Assembly (NCBI GenBank): GCA_963786385.1
Contig: CAWAYS010000005.1
Location: forward strand, 467,331-531,330
DNA length: 64,000 bases
Source of the DNA: an uncultured Gammaproteobacteria bacterium
GTDB taxonomy: Bacteria; Pseudomonadota; Gammaproteobacteria; Steroidobacterales; Rariloculaceae
Reading direction: 5' to 3'
Positions 43,563 through 53,345 of this stretch are shown here, in pieces. The notes under the pieces are model-generated. The model searched no databases, was not told the DNA's origin, and was given only the letters and a program-made list of their open reading frames with translations. A program made the translations under genes and the position numbers. Each line of letters opens with the position of its first letter. Within the stretch, counting starts at the first letter, position 1.

Positions 43563-43626
43563 GCAATCTGAAAACCATCTGAAATCTTGGGTGTCGGCAG
43601 GCGAATGCCTTTCAGATAGTTTTCAG
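43563..43626 (+). promoter_or_regulatory. Divergent regulatory region: a second CTGAAA-N5-CTGAAA operator copy plus inverted TTTCAG half-sites
   Basis: GCAATCTGAAAACCATCTGAAATC lies at 43563..43586, and TTTCAGatagtTTTCAG at 43610..43626. The region sits between the adaptor start (43514, minus) and the RND start (43687, plus). Confidence 0.5.
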
Positions 43627-43686
43627 TTCCATTTGCTAGGCTCGCAGCGGATCGAATCTGTTAGAAAAACACCGGCGGGCCGCACG

Positions 43687-46600
43687 ATGAACCTCGTTCA
43701 ATCTGCCTTGCGTCGTCCTTTTAGCTTGATCGTGTTGGTCGCTGCCGTTGTGCTCGGCGCCATGCTCGCTTTGAGCCGTATGCCGCGCGACATTTTCCCG
43801 ACGCTCGGAATTCCGACCATCTATGTGGCGCAGCCTTACGGCGGTATGGATCCCGCACAGATGGAAGGCTTTCTCACGTACTACTACGAATATCACTTTC
43901 TCTATATCACGGGGATCGAGCACGTCGAATCGAAGTCCATCCAGGGCGCTTCGATCATGAAGCTTCAGTTCTATCCGAACACCGACATGAGCCAGGCGAT
44001 GGCGGAGACTGTTCAGTACGTGAACCGGGCACGGGCTTTTATGCCGCCCGGCACGGTGCCGCCGTTTGTCATGCGCTTTGACGCAGGCAGCGTGCCCGTC
44101 GGCACGCTCGTCTTCTCAAGCGAGACGCGGTCCGTCGCCGAGATGCAGGACGCTGCGCTCAACCTCGTACGGCCATTGTTCGCGACGTTGCCGGGCGTTT
44201 CCGCACCGCCGCCCTTCGGTGGTGCAGCGCGCAGCATCGTCGTGAATCTGAATCCCGAACGGCTGCGCGCATACAACATGGCCCCAGACGAGGTCGTCGC
44301 GGCGATCAGTCGCGCCAATTTGATTAGTCCATCAGGGAACATGGCCGTTGCCGGGAAGTATCCGATGGTGCCACTGAATTCGGTGGTCAAGAACATCAAG
44401 GATCTCGAAACAGTCCCGATCAGGGCAGGCACTTACCCGACCGTGTTTCTGCGTGACGTCGGCACTGTCGTCGACGGCTCCGACATCGTGACGAGCTCTG
44501 CCCTCGTGAATGGCCGGCGGACCGTCTACATTCCGGTGACGAAGCGCTCCGACGCCTCGACGCTCGACGTCGTCCAGGCCGTCAAGGAGAATCTACCCCG
44601 CTTTCAGAGTGTCTTGCCTGAGGACGTCAAGGTCAGTTATGAGTTCGATCAGTCGCCGTATGTCACCCGGGCGATTTCGGGGTTGACGCTCGAGGGGGCG
44701 CTCGGTGCCGTGCTCACGGGCATCATGGTGTTGCTGTTTCTCGCGGATTGGCGCAGCGCAGTGATCGTCGTCGTCAGCATTCCGCTTGCGCTCACGGGCG
44801 CCGTGCTCGCGCTTTGGGTCACGGGTCAGACAGTGAACATCATGACTCTTGGCGGACTCGCGCTCGCGATCGGCATTCTGGTCGACATGTCGACGGTCGT
44901 CATCGAGAACATCCATGTGCATTTGGCGCGGGGTCGGCGTGTGGCACGGGCCGTCGTCGATTCGGGGAGCGAGGTCGCCATGCCGCTCTTGATCGCAATG
45001 CTGTGTGTGCTCGCGGTGTTCGTCCCATCGTTCTTCATGGTCGGTGCCGCGCGGGCGATGTTCTTGCCGCTCTCGCTCGCGGTCGGTTTCGCAATGGTGG
45101 GCTCCTATTTGCTTTCGAGCACGCTGGTTCCGATTCTCTCGGTTTGGTTCCTGCGTGGTCACGAGACGGCGGCCGTGAACCAGCGTGGTGCCGAGACGAG
45201 GTTTGCGAGTCTTCAGCGCGCGTATGCGGGGCTCGCGGCGCGCATCGTGAGTGTGCGCTGGCTCGTCGTGGGCGTTTACGTCGCAGCTGCGGCGGCCGTG
45301 ATCGTGCTGATCGGCGGTCGGCTCGGCACCGAGATCTATCCGAACGTCGAAGCCGGGCAGCTACAGGTCAGGCTCCGCGCACCCACGGGCACACGCGTCG
45401 ACGGGACCGAGGCCGTCGCGCTCAAGGCGCTCGACATCATTCGCAATGAAGCAGGGCCCGACAACGTCGCGATTACGATGGGGTTCCTTGGGGTGCACGG
45501 CTCAAGTTACCCGATTAATTTCATCTACATGTGGAACGGCGGCTCGGAGGAGGGGGTGCTTCAGGTCCAACTCAAGCACGGGTCGGGCGTCGATACGGGC
45601 GCGCTCAAGGAACGGCTGCGCGCCCGCTTCGCGCAAGAGTTGCCGGACGTGAGCTTTTCGTTCGAGCCGAGCGACATTGTGAGTCAGGTCATGAGCCTCG
45701 GCTCTGCGACGCCGATCGAGGTGGCGGTGAGCGGCCCGGACTTGAGCGCCAGCCGCGAATTCGCAGCGAAGATCCGAGACCGCCTCCGAGGCATTTCTGC
45801 GTTGCGCGATGTTCAATTCGGCCAAGCGCTCGACTACCCGACGCTCGACGTGCACGTCGACCGCGAGCGCGCAGGGCTCATGGGCATCGGAATGGCCGAG
45901 ATTTCCCGGTCGCTCGTGTCCGCGACCTCTTCGAGTCGTTTCGTGGTGCCGAACTACTGGGCGGATCCGAGGACCGGCGTTGCATACCAAATCCAAGTCG
46001 AGATCCCGCACGAAGACATGCACTCGCCGGAGGACCTCGAGAACGTGCCGGTGGCTTACCGCGGTGACCGACCGATCCTGCTGCGCAACGTTGCGAAAGT
46101 CACGGCGGGTACGACGCCCGGTCAATACGCGCGCTATAACATGCAGCGGCTCGTCACGATCACGGCCAACCTCGCAGGCGAGGACTTGGGTAGCGTCGCA
46201 GACCAGGTGCGCGCCGCGATCGCGGCAGCCGGCGCGCCGCCTCCACGCTCGAGCGTCGCGCTGCGCGGTCAGGTCGTGCCGATGCAGCAGCTCCTCGACG
46301 GCCTCCAGACGGGGCTGCTCTTGGCCGTTGCCATAGTGTTTCTGCTCCTTATCGCGAACTTTCAATCCATCAAGCTCGCGGTCATCGTTGCCTCGACCAC
46401 GCCTGCGGCAGTCGCCGGCGTCGTAGCGGCGCTTTGGATTACCGGCACGACACTGAACATTCAGTCCTACATGGGCGCGATCATGGCGGTCGGCGTGGCC
46501 GTCGCCAATGCTATTCTGCTCGTGACTTTCGCCGAACGCGCGCGCATGAACGGGGCCGAGGCGCGAGTCGCCGCCGTGGACGGTGCGGTAAGTCGCCTGC

Positions 46601-46860
46601 GACCCATCCTCATGACGAGCCTCGCAATGATCGCAGGCATGCTGCCCATCGCGATCGGCTTCGGCGAGGGCAGCGAGCAGACGGCGCCGCTGGGCCGGGC
46701 GGTGGTCGGCGGGCTCGCGGCAGCCACGTTCGCTACGCTGCTGGTACTCCCGGCCGTGTTCGCGATCGTTCAGGCTCGCGCGAACCGGCGATCCGTCTCG
46801 CTTGATCCCGACGACGTCGCGGGATCTCACTTCACCGCCGTGTCGCGCGAAGCCACGTGA
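43687..46860 (+). CDS. RND heavy-metal efflux pump (CusA/CzcA-like, HME family)
   Basis: 1057 aa from [29 protein letters not shown]; 12 TM helices with two large periplasmic loops. Confidence 0.85.
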   Translation: MNLVQSALRRPFSLIVLVAAVVLGAMLALSRMPRDIFPTLGIPTIYVAQPYGGMDPAQMEGFLTYYYEYHFLYITGIEHVESKSIQGASIMKLQFYPNTDMSQAMAETVQYVNRARAFMPPGTVPPFVMRFDAGSVPVGTLVFSSETRSVAEMQDAALNLVRPLFATLPGVSAPPPFGGAARSIVVNLNPERLRAYNMAPDEVVAAISRANLISPSGNMAVAGKYPMVPLNSVVKNIKDLETVPIRAGTYPTVFLRDVGTVVDGSDIVTSSALVNGRRTVYIPVTKRSDASTLDVVQAVKENLPRFQSVLPEDVKVSYEFDQSPYVTRAISGLTLEGALGAVLTGIMVLLFLADWRSAVIVVVSIPLALTGAVLALWVTGQTVNIMTLGGLALAIGILVDMSTVVIENIHVHLARGRRVARAVVDSGSEVAMPLLIAMLCVLAVFVPSFFMVGAARAMFLPLSLAVGFAMVGSYLLSSTLVPILSVWFLRGHETAAVNQRGAETRFASLQRAYAGLAARIVSVRWLVVGVYVAAAAAVIVLIGGRLGTEIYPNVEAGQLQVRLRAPTGTRVDGTEAVALKALDIIRNEAGPDNVAITMGFLGVHGSSYPINFIYMWNGGSEEGVLQVQLKHGSGVDTGALKERLRARFAQELPDVSFSFEPSDIVSQVMSLGSATPIEVAVSGPDLSASREFAAKIRDRLRGISALRDVQFGQALDYPTLDVHVDRERAGLMGIGMAEISRSLVSATSSSRFVVPNYWADPRTGVAYQIQVEIPHEDMHSPEDLENVPVAYRGDRPILLRNVAKVTAGTTPGQYARYNMQRLVTITANLAGEDLGSVADQVRAAIAAAGAPPPRSSVALRGQVVPMQQLLDGLQTGLLLAVAIVFLLLIANFQSIKLAVIVASTTPAAVAGVVAALWITGTTLNIQSYMGAIMAVGVAVANAILLVTFAERARMNGAEARVAAVDGAVSRLRPILMTSLAMIAGMLPIAIGFGEGSEQTAPLGRAVVGGLAAATFATLLVLPAVFAIVQARANRRSVSLDPDDVAGSHFTAVSREAT

Positions 46861-47309
46861 TCGCGCGTCGCGGCCTTATGGCCGTTTTTGCTCTAGCGCC
46901 CCTCGTGTCGTATGGCCAACAGCCTGCCAGCGTCGAGCTTTATGTCGAGTCGGACGGCGACTTTTTGGCTTTCAAGCCGACAGAGCTGACGTGTCCCGCA
47001 GGGGCGCACGTCGAGCTCACCTTTCATCACGCGGGCAGTCGAGTACAGCAGATGCACGACTGGGTGCTGTTGGAGCCGGGTACGGCCGACGACTTCATGA
47101 AGGCCGTGCTTCGTGCCGGTGAGGCGAACCACTGGCTGCCGCGCAACGACACACGCGTGGTGGTCGCTACGCCCCAGATCGCGCCAGGCGAATCCGTGAC
47201 CGTCGAGTTCAGAGCGCCACGAGTCGGCGACTATCCCTTCGTTTGCACCTTTGCCGGTCATGGCGACGTGATGCGCGGCGTGTTGCATGTGATCCGGTCG
47301 GATCGTTGA
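46857..47309 (+). CDS. Periplasmic cupredoxin (type-1 copper) protein, translationally coupled to the RND gene
   Basis: A GTG start sits inside the RND stop (GTGA). A signal peptide is followed by H…C-x4-H-x3-M ligands ([14 protein letters not shown]). Confidence 0.6.
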   Translation: MIARRGLMAVFALAPLVSYGQQPASVELYVESDGDFLAFKPTELTCPAGAHVELTFHHAGSRVQQMHDWVLLEPGTADDFMKAVLRAGEANHWLPRNDTRVVVATPQIAPGESVTVEFRAPRVGDYPFVCTFAGHGDVMRGVLHVIRSDR

Positions 47310-47341
47310 TTCGTTTGCAGTAACCAGAATGAGGTGATCCC

Positions 47342-47779
47342 ATGGGTTCGTTGCGTAAGCTCGCTTCTTCGGTCGGTGCATTCGTGCTCGTCGTCGCGTT
47401 CGCGCTGCCCATCTTTGGTCAGGGGCAACCCACATCGCCCGACGACGTCAAGACTGGGCTGCGGATTCTGAACCAGGTCGTGGGCCACACGGGCCGACTC
47501 ATCGCTTCGAAGAACTACGACACGGTCCCGCGCGAGCATCACGAGATCGTCGAGGGAGCGCAGATCCTTAGGGACGCGCTGGCGAAGGAGCCTGAAGAAA
47601 TGCAGACAAAGGTCGACGCATTGCTCGACAAAGTCGTGGCCGCGTCGAGCGCCCTTGCCGAGCCGAGCAAGATGCACGACGACGCAAAGCTCGTGGCCAT
47701 GCACGCTGCGCTTGCCGACGCGGTCCACGACGTGCTCGATCTATTTCCCCGGAGCCTACAGCCGACACCGCGGAATTGA
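47342..47779 (+). CDS. His-rich periplasmic helical protein; possible metal chaperone
   Basis: A GAGGTGA RBS and a signal peptide. His clusters (PREHHEIVE, MHDDAKLVAMHAALADAVHDV). Confidence 0.5.
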   Translation: MGSLRKLASSVGAFVLVVAFALPIFGQGQPTSPDDVKTGLRILNQVVGHTGRLIASKNYDTVPREHHEIVEGAQILRDALAKEPEEMQTKVDALLDKVVAASSALAEPSKMHDDAKLVAMHAALADAVHDVLDLFPRSLQPTPRN

Positions 47780-47782
47780 GCG

Positions 47783-50008
47783 CTAGACAGGCGGGAACGA
47801 CAGTCTGAATTCCGCCCCTGGCTCGCGGTTGCGCAAGTCGACTCGTCCCCCCATGGCGGTCGCAAGCTGATGGACGAGTGCCAAGCCGATCCCGGTCCCC
47901 ACGGTTTCACGCGTGAGCTCGTCGGCGGGGCGGTAAAAGAGCTCGAAGATCTTCTTCATTTGGTTCTTCGGCACGCCGGGGCCGAAGTCCCGTACCGTAA
48001 AGAGAATGTTCCCGTTGCCTTCGCGGCGGCTGACGATCTCGATGTCCTTGCGCTGTGAGTTGGCCGAAAACTTCAGCGCATTGTCGACGAGGTTGATGAA
48101 AATCTGCGCGAAGCAGTCTGAATCGACGACGAGCTCCGTCCCCGCGGGCGTGTCATCGGTGACGGACAGCGCGAAGCCTGCACGCTCGATTTGACTGGCG
48201 ACCTTCGATTTCACGAGGTCCACGACCTGCGTGACCGTGACGCGCTTTGGATCGATCCGCTGCGTATTACGCGTCAAGCGCGCGAGCTGGAGAACGTTCT
48301 CGATGAGTCGAGACAGCCGCTCGCTCTCGCCGTGGATATACTCGTAGTAGGTCTTCTTCTTTTCTTCGTCTGCCCAACCGGCTTTGAGCATCTCGCCGTA
48401 CATCCGAATCGACGTGAGCGGCGTCTTTAGCTCGTGGCTCACGGCCGAGACGAAGTCTTGCTGTTGCTTGGTCAGCCGGATCTGGCCGATCGCAAACCGA
48501 TAGATCAGTAGGAACCCGCCGCAAAGCACGCCTGCGAGGATCACGCTCATCCAGGCCAGCAGCGCCGTGCCCGGTGCACGTGGCAGTTGCTGCACGTCGA
48601 ACACGAGCTCTAGATCGCCGAAAGGCGGCGACAATCGCGCTCGATGCAGCAAGCGGCCCGCGAGCTCGCGTGATGAGCCGGCATAGCCATTTGTCCCGGC
48701 GGCGTCCGTGAAACCCAGTCGCTCGCCGCGGTAGGTCACTGCGAGGTCGGTCGTGCGCGCGAGGCTGCTCGCACGATAGCTCCTGCCGATCGCTCGATCG
48801 ACGAACTGCCCGCTGTCGATGAGAGCGCCTTGAATGTAACGACGGCCGTCGCGCCACACGTTGCGGAAGAGGACGAGATGCCCGGTGTCGAGGAACCCGA
48901 GCTCGAGCGGATCGATCTCGCTTTCGAACGTGCGCACGCGAAATTCGCGTTTGGCCGTGCCGCGCGTTGCGGGTTCACGGCTCGGCTCGGGCACCGCGCT
49001 GCGCTCTGTCCGCTTCTGGCGGGCGGGGAGCGTGACTTCGGGGCCGGTCTCTGCGGCGCCGTTCTTGCGACTCGGTTCGACCGGCGCGGCCGCCGGTGTC
49101 GGTTCGGCGTCGCCCCCGAATGCCTGCGTATCGGCGCGGCGCGCAACGCGCGCCGGCGCGGTCGGTGCATCGGCTGTAAGGCGATCGAATGCTTCCTGAG
49201 CTTCCTGGGCGATTGCCGCGCGCGTGGCCGGTGCGGCGGCCGGAGCGGGAGTCTCCGGTACCGGTTCGGCGCCTACCGCCGCAAGCTCTCTGGGTTCGGA
49301 CGTGACGGCCGTGGACAGCCCTGTCGCTGTGGGCGTCACCTTCTCCAACTGAGCGCGCGGGCTGGTTTCGTCGAGCGATGTCGCGGCTGGGGGGGCGGCA
49401 ATGGAGTCCGCTGCTGCGCCGCCGTTGGCCGCTATGTCCGTCGCGACGGTGCGCGAATGCGGCACAGCGCTGGGCGCGCTCGCCCGCGCCACGCCTTCGT
49501 CCGTCGAGGTACGAGGAACGAGCCGATTCTCGGCGAGCACGTTGCCGATCTCATTGGCCAGCGCGCGCCTCGCGGCAGCCTCGTCGGGTGTCACGCCATA
49601 GTCGCCCGGGTCCACGCCTTCCTCCGGCAAGAGCGGTGTCGTGAGCCGGCCTTCGGGGTCCACTTGAAAGTAGCCGAGCACGCCCGGTATCGCGCTCGAA
49701 ACCGGGAATGTCGAGAGCGGCGAGCGCTGCACGAAGCCGGTGGCGGCCGAGCCTTCGACGACGAGAAACGAGTAATCACCGAAAGAGCGTGCCTGCTCGG
49801 CCGCAATGGCCGTTCGGAGCTCGACGTCGACGCGGCCGGTCAGCTCTTCGGCCAGCCCCTGGGCGTTTCGAAACGACTCCCACTTGAGTTGGCTGAACGC
49901 CTGGGCGATGAGCACGACGGACGGCACTGCGAGCGCCAAGAAGAATACGATGAGCAGCCATCGCACGCGGCGCTCGTCGAGGCGTCGGAACGGTGTCGCC
50001 CGTGCCAC
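47783..50008 (-). CDS. Sensor histidine kinase with a very long Ala/Pro-rich extracytoplasmic/linker region
   Basis: An N-terminal TM helix, ~400 aa of low-complexity A/P/T/E-rich sequence, a second TM helix, an H-box (VSHELKTPLTSI) and an HATPase domain (DNALKF…GTGIGLAL). Confidence 0.8.
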   Translation of the reverse strand: MARATPFRRLDERRVRWLLIVFFLALAVPSVVLIAQAFSQLKWESFRNAQGLAEELTGRVDVELRTAIAAEQARSFGDYSFLVVEGSAATGFVQRSPLSTFPVSSAIPGVLGYFQVDPEGRLTTPLLPEEGVDPGDYGVTPDEAAARRALANEIGNVLAENRLVPRTSTDEGVARASAPSAVPHSRTVATDIAANGGAAADSIAAPPAATSLDETSPRAQLEKVTPTATGLSTAVTSEPRELAAVGAEPVPETPAPAAAPATRAAIAQEAQEAFDRLTADAPTAPARVARRADTQAFGGDAEPTPAAAPVEPSRKNGAAETGPEVTLPARQKRTERSAVPEPSREPATRGTAKREFRVRTFESEIDPLELGFLDTGHLVLFRNVWRDGRRYIQGALIDSGQFVDRAIGRSYRASSLARTTDLAVTYRGERLGFTDAAGTNGYAGSSRELAGRLLHRARLSPPFGDLELVFDVQQLPRAPGTALLAWMSVILAGVLCGGFLLIYRFAIGQIRLTKQQQDFVSAVSHELKTPLTSIRMYGEMLKAGWADEEKKKTYYEYIHGESERLSRLIENVLQLARLTRNTQRIDPKRVTVTQVVDLVKSKVASQIERAGFALSVTDDTPAGTELVVDSDCFAQIFINLVDNALKFSANSQRKDIEIVSRREGNGNILFTVRDFGPGVPKNQMKKIFELFYRPADELTRETVGTGIGLALVHQLATAMGGRVDLRNREPGAEFRLSFPPV

Positions 50009-50009
50009 G

Positions 50010-50714
50010 TCAGCCCCCGCTCAGCAGTCGGTAACCGGCGCCGCGCACGGTGATCAGATGGCGCGGCTCCTTCGCGTCGGACTCGATTTTCCGCCTGAGC
50101 TTTGCGATGTGGATGTCCACCGTCCGCGTTTCGATATCCGCGGTTCGATCGTAGCCCCAAACACGCGTTAACAGCTCTCCCCGCGAGACGGGGCGATCGC
50201 CATTCGCGTGCAGGAATTGGAGAATCTCGATCTCGCGGCGCGTGAAAATCAACGCCGTGGGTCCCCTGCGGCCGGATAGATTGCGGGTATCGATCTCGAC
50301 GTCGTTGCCGAGACGGATCTGCGCAGCGAGCTCGGCGCCGGCGCGCGAGCGCCTCAGCACGGCCTTGACTCGCAGCACGAGCTGCGCGATCGAGAAAGGC
50401 TTGGCGATGTAGTCGTCGGCGCCGAGCGAGAGGCCGTTGACGATGTCATCGTCGCTCGTTCTCGCTGTCAGCATGATGATCGGCTGGTCGCGATCGATCT
50501 TCCTGACTTCGTCGCAGATGGAGAAACCGTCTCGTCCGGGCAGCATGACGTCGAGTAGCAGCAGCGCGTATCGGCCGGTCAACGCCTTTTCGAGTCCCTC
50601 CCGCCCGTCGGCGACCGCGTCGACGCCGTAGCCGTGATAGACGAGGACATCGGTGAGGCCCTCGCGGATCGCAGCCTCGTCTTCGACGACCAGGATTTTC
50701 GGTTTCGCGTCCAT
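50010..50714 (-). CDS. OmpR-family response regulator
   Basis: MDAKPKILVVEDE… receiver domain with a winged-helix C-terminus. Adjacent to the kinase above. Confidence 0.85.
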   Translation of the reverse strand: MDAKPKILVVEDEAAIREGLTDVLVYHGYGVDAVADGREGLEKALTGRYALLLLDVMLPGRDGFSICDEVRKIDRDQPIIMLTARTSDDDIVNGLSLGADDYIAKPFSIAQLVLRVKAVLRRSRAGAELAAQIRLGNDVEIDTRNLSGRRGPTALIFTRREIEILQFLHANGDRPVSRGELLTRVWGYDRTADIETRTVDIHIAKLRRKIESDAKEPRHLITVRGAGYRLLSGG

Positions 50715-50725
50715 CCGTGGGTGAA

Positions 50726-50770
50726 GGCTAGCAGCTTGGTCCGTCGATGCATGTAAATCCTTTGTAAATC
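50726..50770 (+). promoter_or_regulatory. Conserved promoter/operator block: GGCTAGCAGCTT-N15-GTAAATCCTTTGTAAATC
   Basis: Direct GTAAATC repeats are 11 bp apart, 111 bp upstream of the FMN-reductase start. The block is duplicated at 53200..53242. Confidence 0.55.
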
Positions 50771-50880
50771 GAGCACTGACGCACACCGGGTCTCGGTCTC
50801 GCGTTAGACTGCGCCCCGACAGCGACCCCGGCGCGGCCGGGAATGTGGTACGCGGCCGAAAAAGACAAGGGGACGGTCCG

Positions 50881-51462
50881 ATGAGTAAGTTGAATATCAA
50901 AATCATTGTCGGCAGCACTCGCGCGAATCGATTCGGCGAGAAGCCGGCGGAGTGGATTTACGACCTCGCGAGCGCGCGGCCGGACCTCGACGTCGAGCTT
51001 CTCGATCTACGCGAGCATCCGCTGCCGTTTTTCGAGGAGCCGCTGCCGCCTGGGTTCGCTCAGGACAACTACGACAACCCGGCCATCATTGCATGGCGCA
51101 CGAAGGTCAGAGAGGCGGACGGATTCATCGTCTGCACGCCGGAGTACAACCACGGCTATCCCGCGGTTCTCAAGAACGCGCTCGACACGGTCTACCACGC
51201 GTGGCAGCGCAAGGCGATGGCGTTCGTGAGCTGGGGCGGGGCGGGCGGCACGCGCGGCGTCGAGCAGCTGCGGCTGGTTGCCGTCGAGCTCGACATGGTG
51301 CCGCTGCGCTTCGCAGTGCACATTCAGAATCCGTGGCTCATCAAAGAGATCGGGCAGATCGACACGGAGCAAAATCGGCAAAGCGCTGCGGCGTTGCTCG
51401 ACAACTTGGCGTGGTGGGCCAGCGCGTTGAAGGTCGCCCGGTCAGAGGAGGGCGCGGGCTGA
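50881..51462 (+). CDS. NAD(P)H-dependent FMN reductase (ArsH/ChrR-like)
   Basis: A flavodoxin-like fold with the GSTRANRFGEKPAEW motif. Confidence 0.75.
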   Translation: MSKLNIKIIVGSTRANRFGEKPAEWIYDLASARPDLDVELLDLREHPLPFFEEPLPPGFAQDNYDNPAIIAWRTKVREADGFIVCTPEYNHGYPAVLKNALDTVYHAWQRKAMAFVSWGGAGGTRGVEQLRLVAVELDMVPLRFAVHIQNPWLIKEIGQIDTEQNRQSAAALLDNLAWWASALKVARSEEGAG

Positions 51463-51529
51463 ACCGGCTCGACGTGCGGTGTGCGTGCGTCGCTGCGCAC
51501 GCCGAGCCGCGAGCGGGGCGAATACGCGA

Positions 51530-52234
51530 CTAATCGCGCGCCGCGAACTTCCCCCACAACTCGAACGACGAGACGGCGATCCATCCGCCCGCCGGCGGCG
51601 GTGGCTGCTTCTCGACCGATGCGCCGTCGATTGGCCATTCGCCGCTGCCCGGAATCACATCGAATAGACCGACGCCTCGGACGCGCGTCAGATCCGGCGT
51701 GACCCATGTGGCGCCGAGCGTCACGCCTCGCGTTGGATCGAGCTTGAGCCAGCGGCAATCGCCGAACGATATCTCGTACTCGTGAAAATCGGCCGTCGAG
51801 CCTTCCGCTTGGTCGCCGACGAGCACCGTTGCGTCGTCGAGCACGATGACGGGCCGCACGCGGTGGAAGCCCGATACTATCGTAGTGAACTTGATGTTCG
51901 CGCGGCCGCTTAGGTCGAAGTCTCGAGTCGTGTCGTGCAACGCGAAGCCGCACGGTCCCTTGCACAGACCGAAGAACAGCCGCGGCAGCTCGGGGCCTTT
52001 GCCCGTGGCGACGATGATGTTTGGTCCGTCACCGAGCAGCTGCAAGTCGAGATTCGGCGTCGCGACACTGCTCTGGGTGAGTCCCGAACGCAAGTCGTTG
52101 CGCAGTTGCATGCCGAAGAGTCTTTGCGGAGGCGATGGCTGAGAGACGGCCGGTCCGGCGATCGAGGCCAAGCAAGTCGCTGCCGCGAGCGCGCGAAGCG
52201 AGTTCGTTATCCGGTTTGCTGTCGAGAAGAGCAT
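51530..52234 (-). CDS. Secreted hypothetical protein
   Basis: A signal peptide (…LRALAAATCLASIAGPAVS) and no recognisable domain. Confidence 0.45.
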   Translation of the reverse strand: MLFSTANRITNSLRALAAATCLASIAGPAVSQPSPPQRLFGMQLRNDLRSGLTQSSVATPNLDLQLLGDGPNIIVATGKGPELPRLFFGLCKGPCGFALHDTTRDFDLSGRANIKFTTIVSGFHRVRPVIVLDDATVLVGDQAEGSTADFHEYEISFGDCRWLKLDPTRGVTLGATWVTPDLTRVRGVGLFDVIPGSGEWPIDGASVEKQPPPPAGGWIAVSSFELWGKFAARD

Positions 52235-52262
52235 TTCGTCCCTATACGAGCCCGGGATCTCG

Positions 52263-53138
52263 TCAAGTGGGCTGCCGGCGTTGCGGCGGGGGCAACCTGG
52301 CGCGAAAGGCCGCCACCTTGGCTTTGCTCTCTTCGTCGTACGGCACGTAAGTAACGAGACGCAGGGTGGGTCGACCTTCAGGCACGTACGAGGAGTGCTC
52401 GAAGCTTATGCCGCCGAGCTGCGGGTAACGCGCTACGCCCTCGACGCGCGTCATCACGTCTTGGGATTGCCATAGACGCCTAAAGGCATCGCAACGCACC
52501 GACAATTCCGCGATCAACGACTCGAAGTCGAAATTCTCCGCCGCTTGGCTGTAGTCGACGCGGAACTTGGACAATACTCGTTTAACCATCGCTTCGTACG
52601 CATCCGGCTCCGTCTTATACGTGCCGTCCTCGATCAGCACGAGCCGTAGTAGATTTCGCCGCGCCTCCGGCAGTGCGTCGTAATCGCGAAAGATCCTGGT
52701 GAGATCGTTCCACGCGATGACGTCCCAACGAGCGGTCATGACCAACGCCGGCACGCCGAGCGCATCGAGCGTGCCGAGAAGTGTCTCCCCGACCTCCGGG
52801 CTGGCTTCCGGGACGGGAGGAGCTGCCCGTCCTTGCGTCAGCGCGAACAGGTATTCGCGCTCGTCGGGCGACATACGTAGCGTGGCGCTCAGTCGCTCGA
52901 GAAGATCCGTAGACACTTGGATCGTGCGCCCTTGCTCGAGCCACGTGTACCACGTGACGCTGACGCGGGCGAGTGCGGCCACATCCTCGCGACGCAGTCC
53001 CGGTGTGCGCCGTCGGCCGGTGTCCGGAAGTCCGACTTGAGTCGGTGAAATGCGCGCCCGGCAACTCTTGAGAAAACTACTCAGCTGTCGGCGCTGCGCG
53101 TCGACCTTTTGCACGGAAATTTCTGGTTCTTGCATCAT
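52263..53138 (-). CDS. XRE-family HTH regulator with an MmyB-like ligand-binding domain
   Basis: The HTH is LSSFLKSCRARISPTQVGLPDTGRRRTPGLRREDVAALARVSVTWYTWLEQGR. It is divergent from the pspA-like operon. Confidence 0.7.
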   Translation of the reverse strand: MMQEPEISVQKVDAQRRQLSSFLKSCRARISPTQVGLPDTGRRRTPGLRREDVAALARVSVTWYTWLEQGRTIQVSTDLLERLSATLRMSPDEREYLFALTQGRAAPPVPEASPEVGETLLGTLDALGVPALVMTARWDVIAWNDLTRIFRDYDALPEARRNLLRLVLIEDGTYKTEPDAYEAMVKRVLSKFRVDYSQAAENFDFESLIAELSVRCDAFRRLWQSQDVMTRVEGVARYPQLGGISFEHSSYVPEGRPTLRLVTYVPYDEESKAKVAAFRARLPPPQRRQPT

Positions 53139-53199
53139 CTCGGTACCGCCGGGAAAAATTCCGCCATTACGCGTCGCGCGTCCAGCGCCGGCCCGACAA

Positions 53200-53242
53200 G
53201 GCTAGCAGCTTCCGCGCCCGAGACGTAAATCTTTTGTAAATC
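53200..53242 (+). promoter_or_regulatory. Second copy of the promoter/operator block: GGCTAGCAGCTT-N13-GTAAATCTTTTGTAAATC
   Basis: It lies 104 bp upstream of the pspA-like start, in the same orientation and at the same spacing as the copy at 50726..50770. Confidence 0.55.
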
Positions 53243-53345
53243 TCGGTGTGAAAGTTTTGCGTCTCGCTGTCTTCAGGCTGCTTCGAGTGCTGGCTAATGT
53301 GTCTCCCGAGTTGTTTTCGAGCAATGCGCTCGAGGAGGAGACGAG

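Noticed and set aside
53243-53345. A sigma54 (-24 GG / -12 GC) promoter in front of the pspA-like gene
   Set aside because: No TGGCAC-N5-TTGC-like element is present. The GTAAATC direct-repeat block is the only conserved upstream feature, and no PspF-like bEBP is encoded nearby.
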